A stretch of DNA of 20,000 nucleotides, from positions 417,414-437,413 of the forward strand of contig JASANG010000443.1 of assembly GCA_030248215.1 (NCBI GenBank), given 5' to 3'. Under the pieces are notes generated by a model. The model did no database searches and was not told where the DNA came from. It saw only the letters and a list, made by a program, of their open reading frames with translations. This document shows, piece after piece, positions 19,689 to 20,000 of the stretch. Position 1 is the first letter of the stretch. Each line of letters begins with the position of its first letter. The translations under genes and the position numbers were made by a program. The stretch is from Enoplolaimus lenunculus. Its lineage: Eukaryota.

Positions 19689-19710
19689 CTGAAATCCTTA
19701 TTGTAATTTG

Positions 19711-19943
19711 GGCCAATGTAAAAACTGGGCCGGAACAGTATTATACGCATATTACTAAGCCTAAGCCTAAGCGTAAGAATGAGCATATTACTAAAGCCTA
19801 AGCCTAAGCGTAAGAATGAGCATATTCCTGAGTCTAAACCTGAACTTAAGACTAAGCCAAGCAAAAAAAATCAGTCAAAACCTTAAGCTTACTCTATTTT
19901 AGTTCCACAGAAAAACGTAACGCTCCTGGTCTTCACATGGGCA
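19711..19943. mobile_element. Family B copy (reverse), 8-bp TSD, internal 36/37-bp duplication
   Basis: ggccaatgtaaaaactgggccggaac ... ggtcttcacatgggca; TSD gtaatttg / gtaatttc; gcatattactaa(a)gcctaagcctaagcgtaagaatga twice. Confidence 0.9.
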
Positions 19944-20000
19944 GTAATTTCTAAAAAGTTTTGTTACAGTTTCAAATTTAATGGCTTGCTTGCTTAGTTG

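Noticed and set aside
1..20000. True telomere or chromosome end
   Set aside because: TTAGGC runs are short, degenerate, in both orientations and mostly enclosed by TIRs and TSDs.

Overview
AT-rich eukaryotic non-coding window. The many TTAGGC hexamers (the nematode-type telomere repeat) and TTTCAG/GTAAGT splice-like signals suggest a nematode intron or intergenic region (inference). No convincing protein-coding gene: the listed ORFs mostly come from repeats. The window is a dense, nested patchwork of short non-autonomous DNA transposons (MITEs) whose termini and target-site duplications (TSDs) can be read directly. These are CACTG/CACTT-ended families with 2-bp TSDs (CMC/EnSpm-like), a GGCC-ended family with 8-bp TSDs (Merlin-like) carrying TTAGGC arrays, CAG-ended families with 8-bp TSDs (hAT-like), and a TTAA/CCC piggyBac-like MITE containing a tRNA-type A/B-box cassette. 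Also present: a tRNA-headed SINE-like element split by a MITE, long foldbacks, a compound CAA microsatellite, a 9-bp minisatellite, a unique GC-rich multi-hairpin island and weak candidate exons near 19.4-19.7 kb. Main highlights: telomere-repeat-carrying MITEs from two unrelated families, Pol III cassettes inside mobile elements, and repeated insertion into TTAGGC-bearing elements. Family letters are my own labels.
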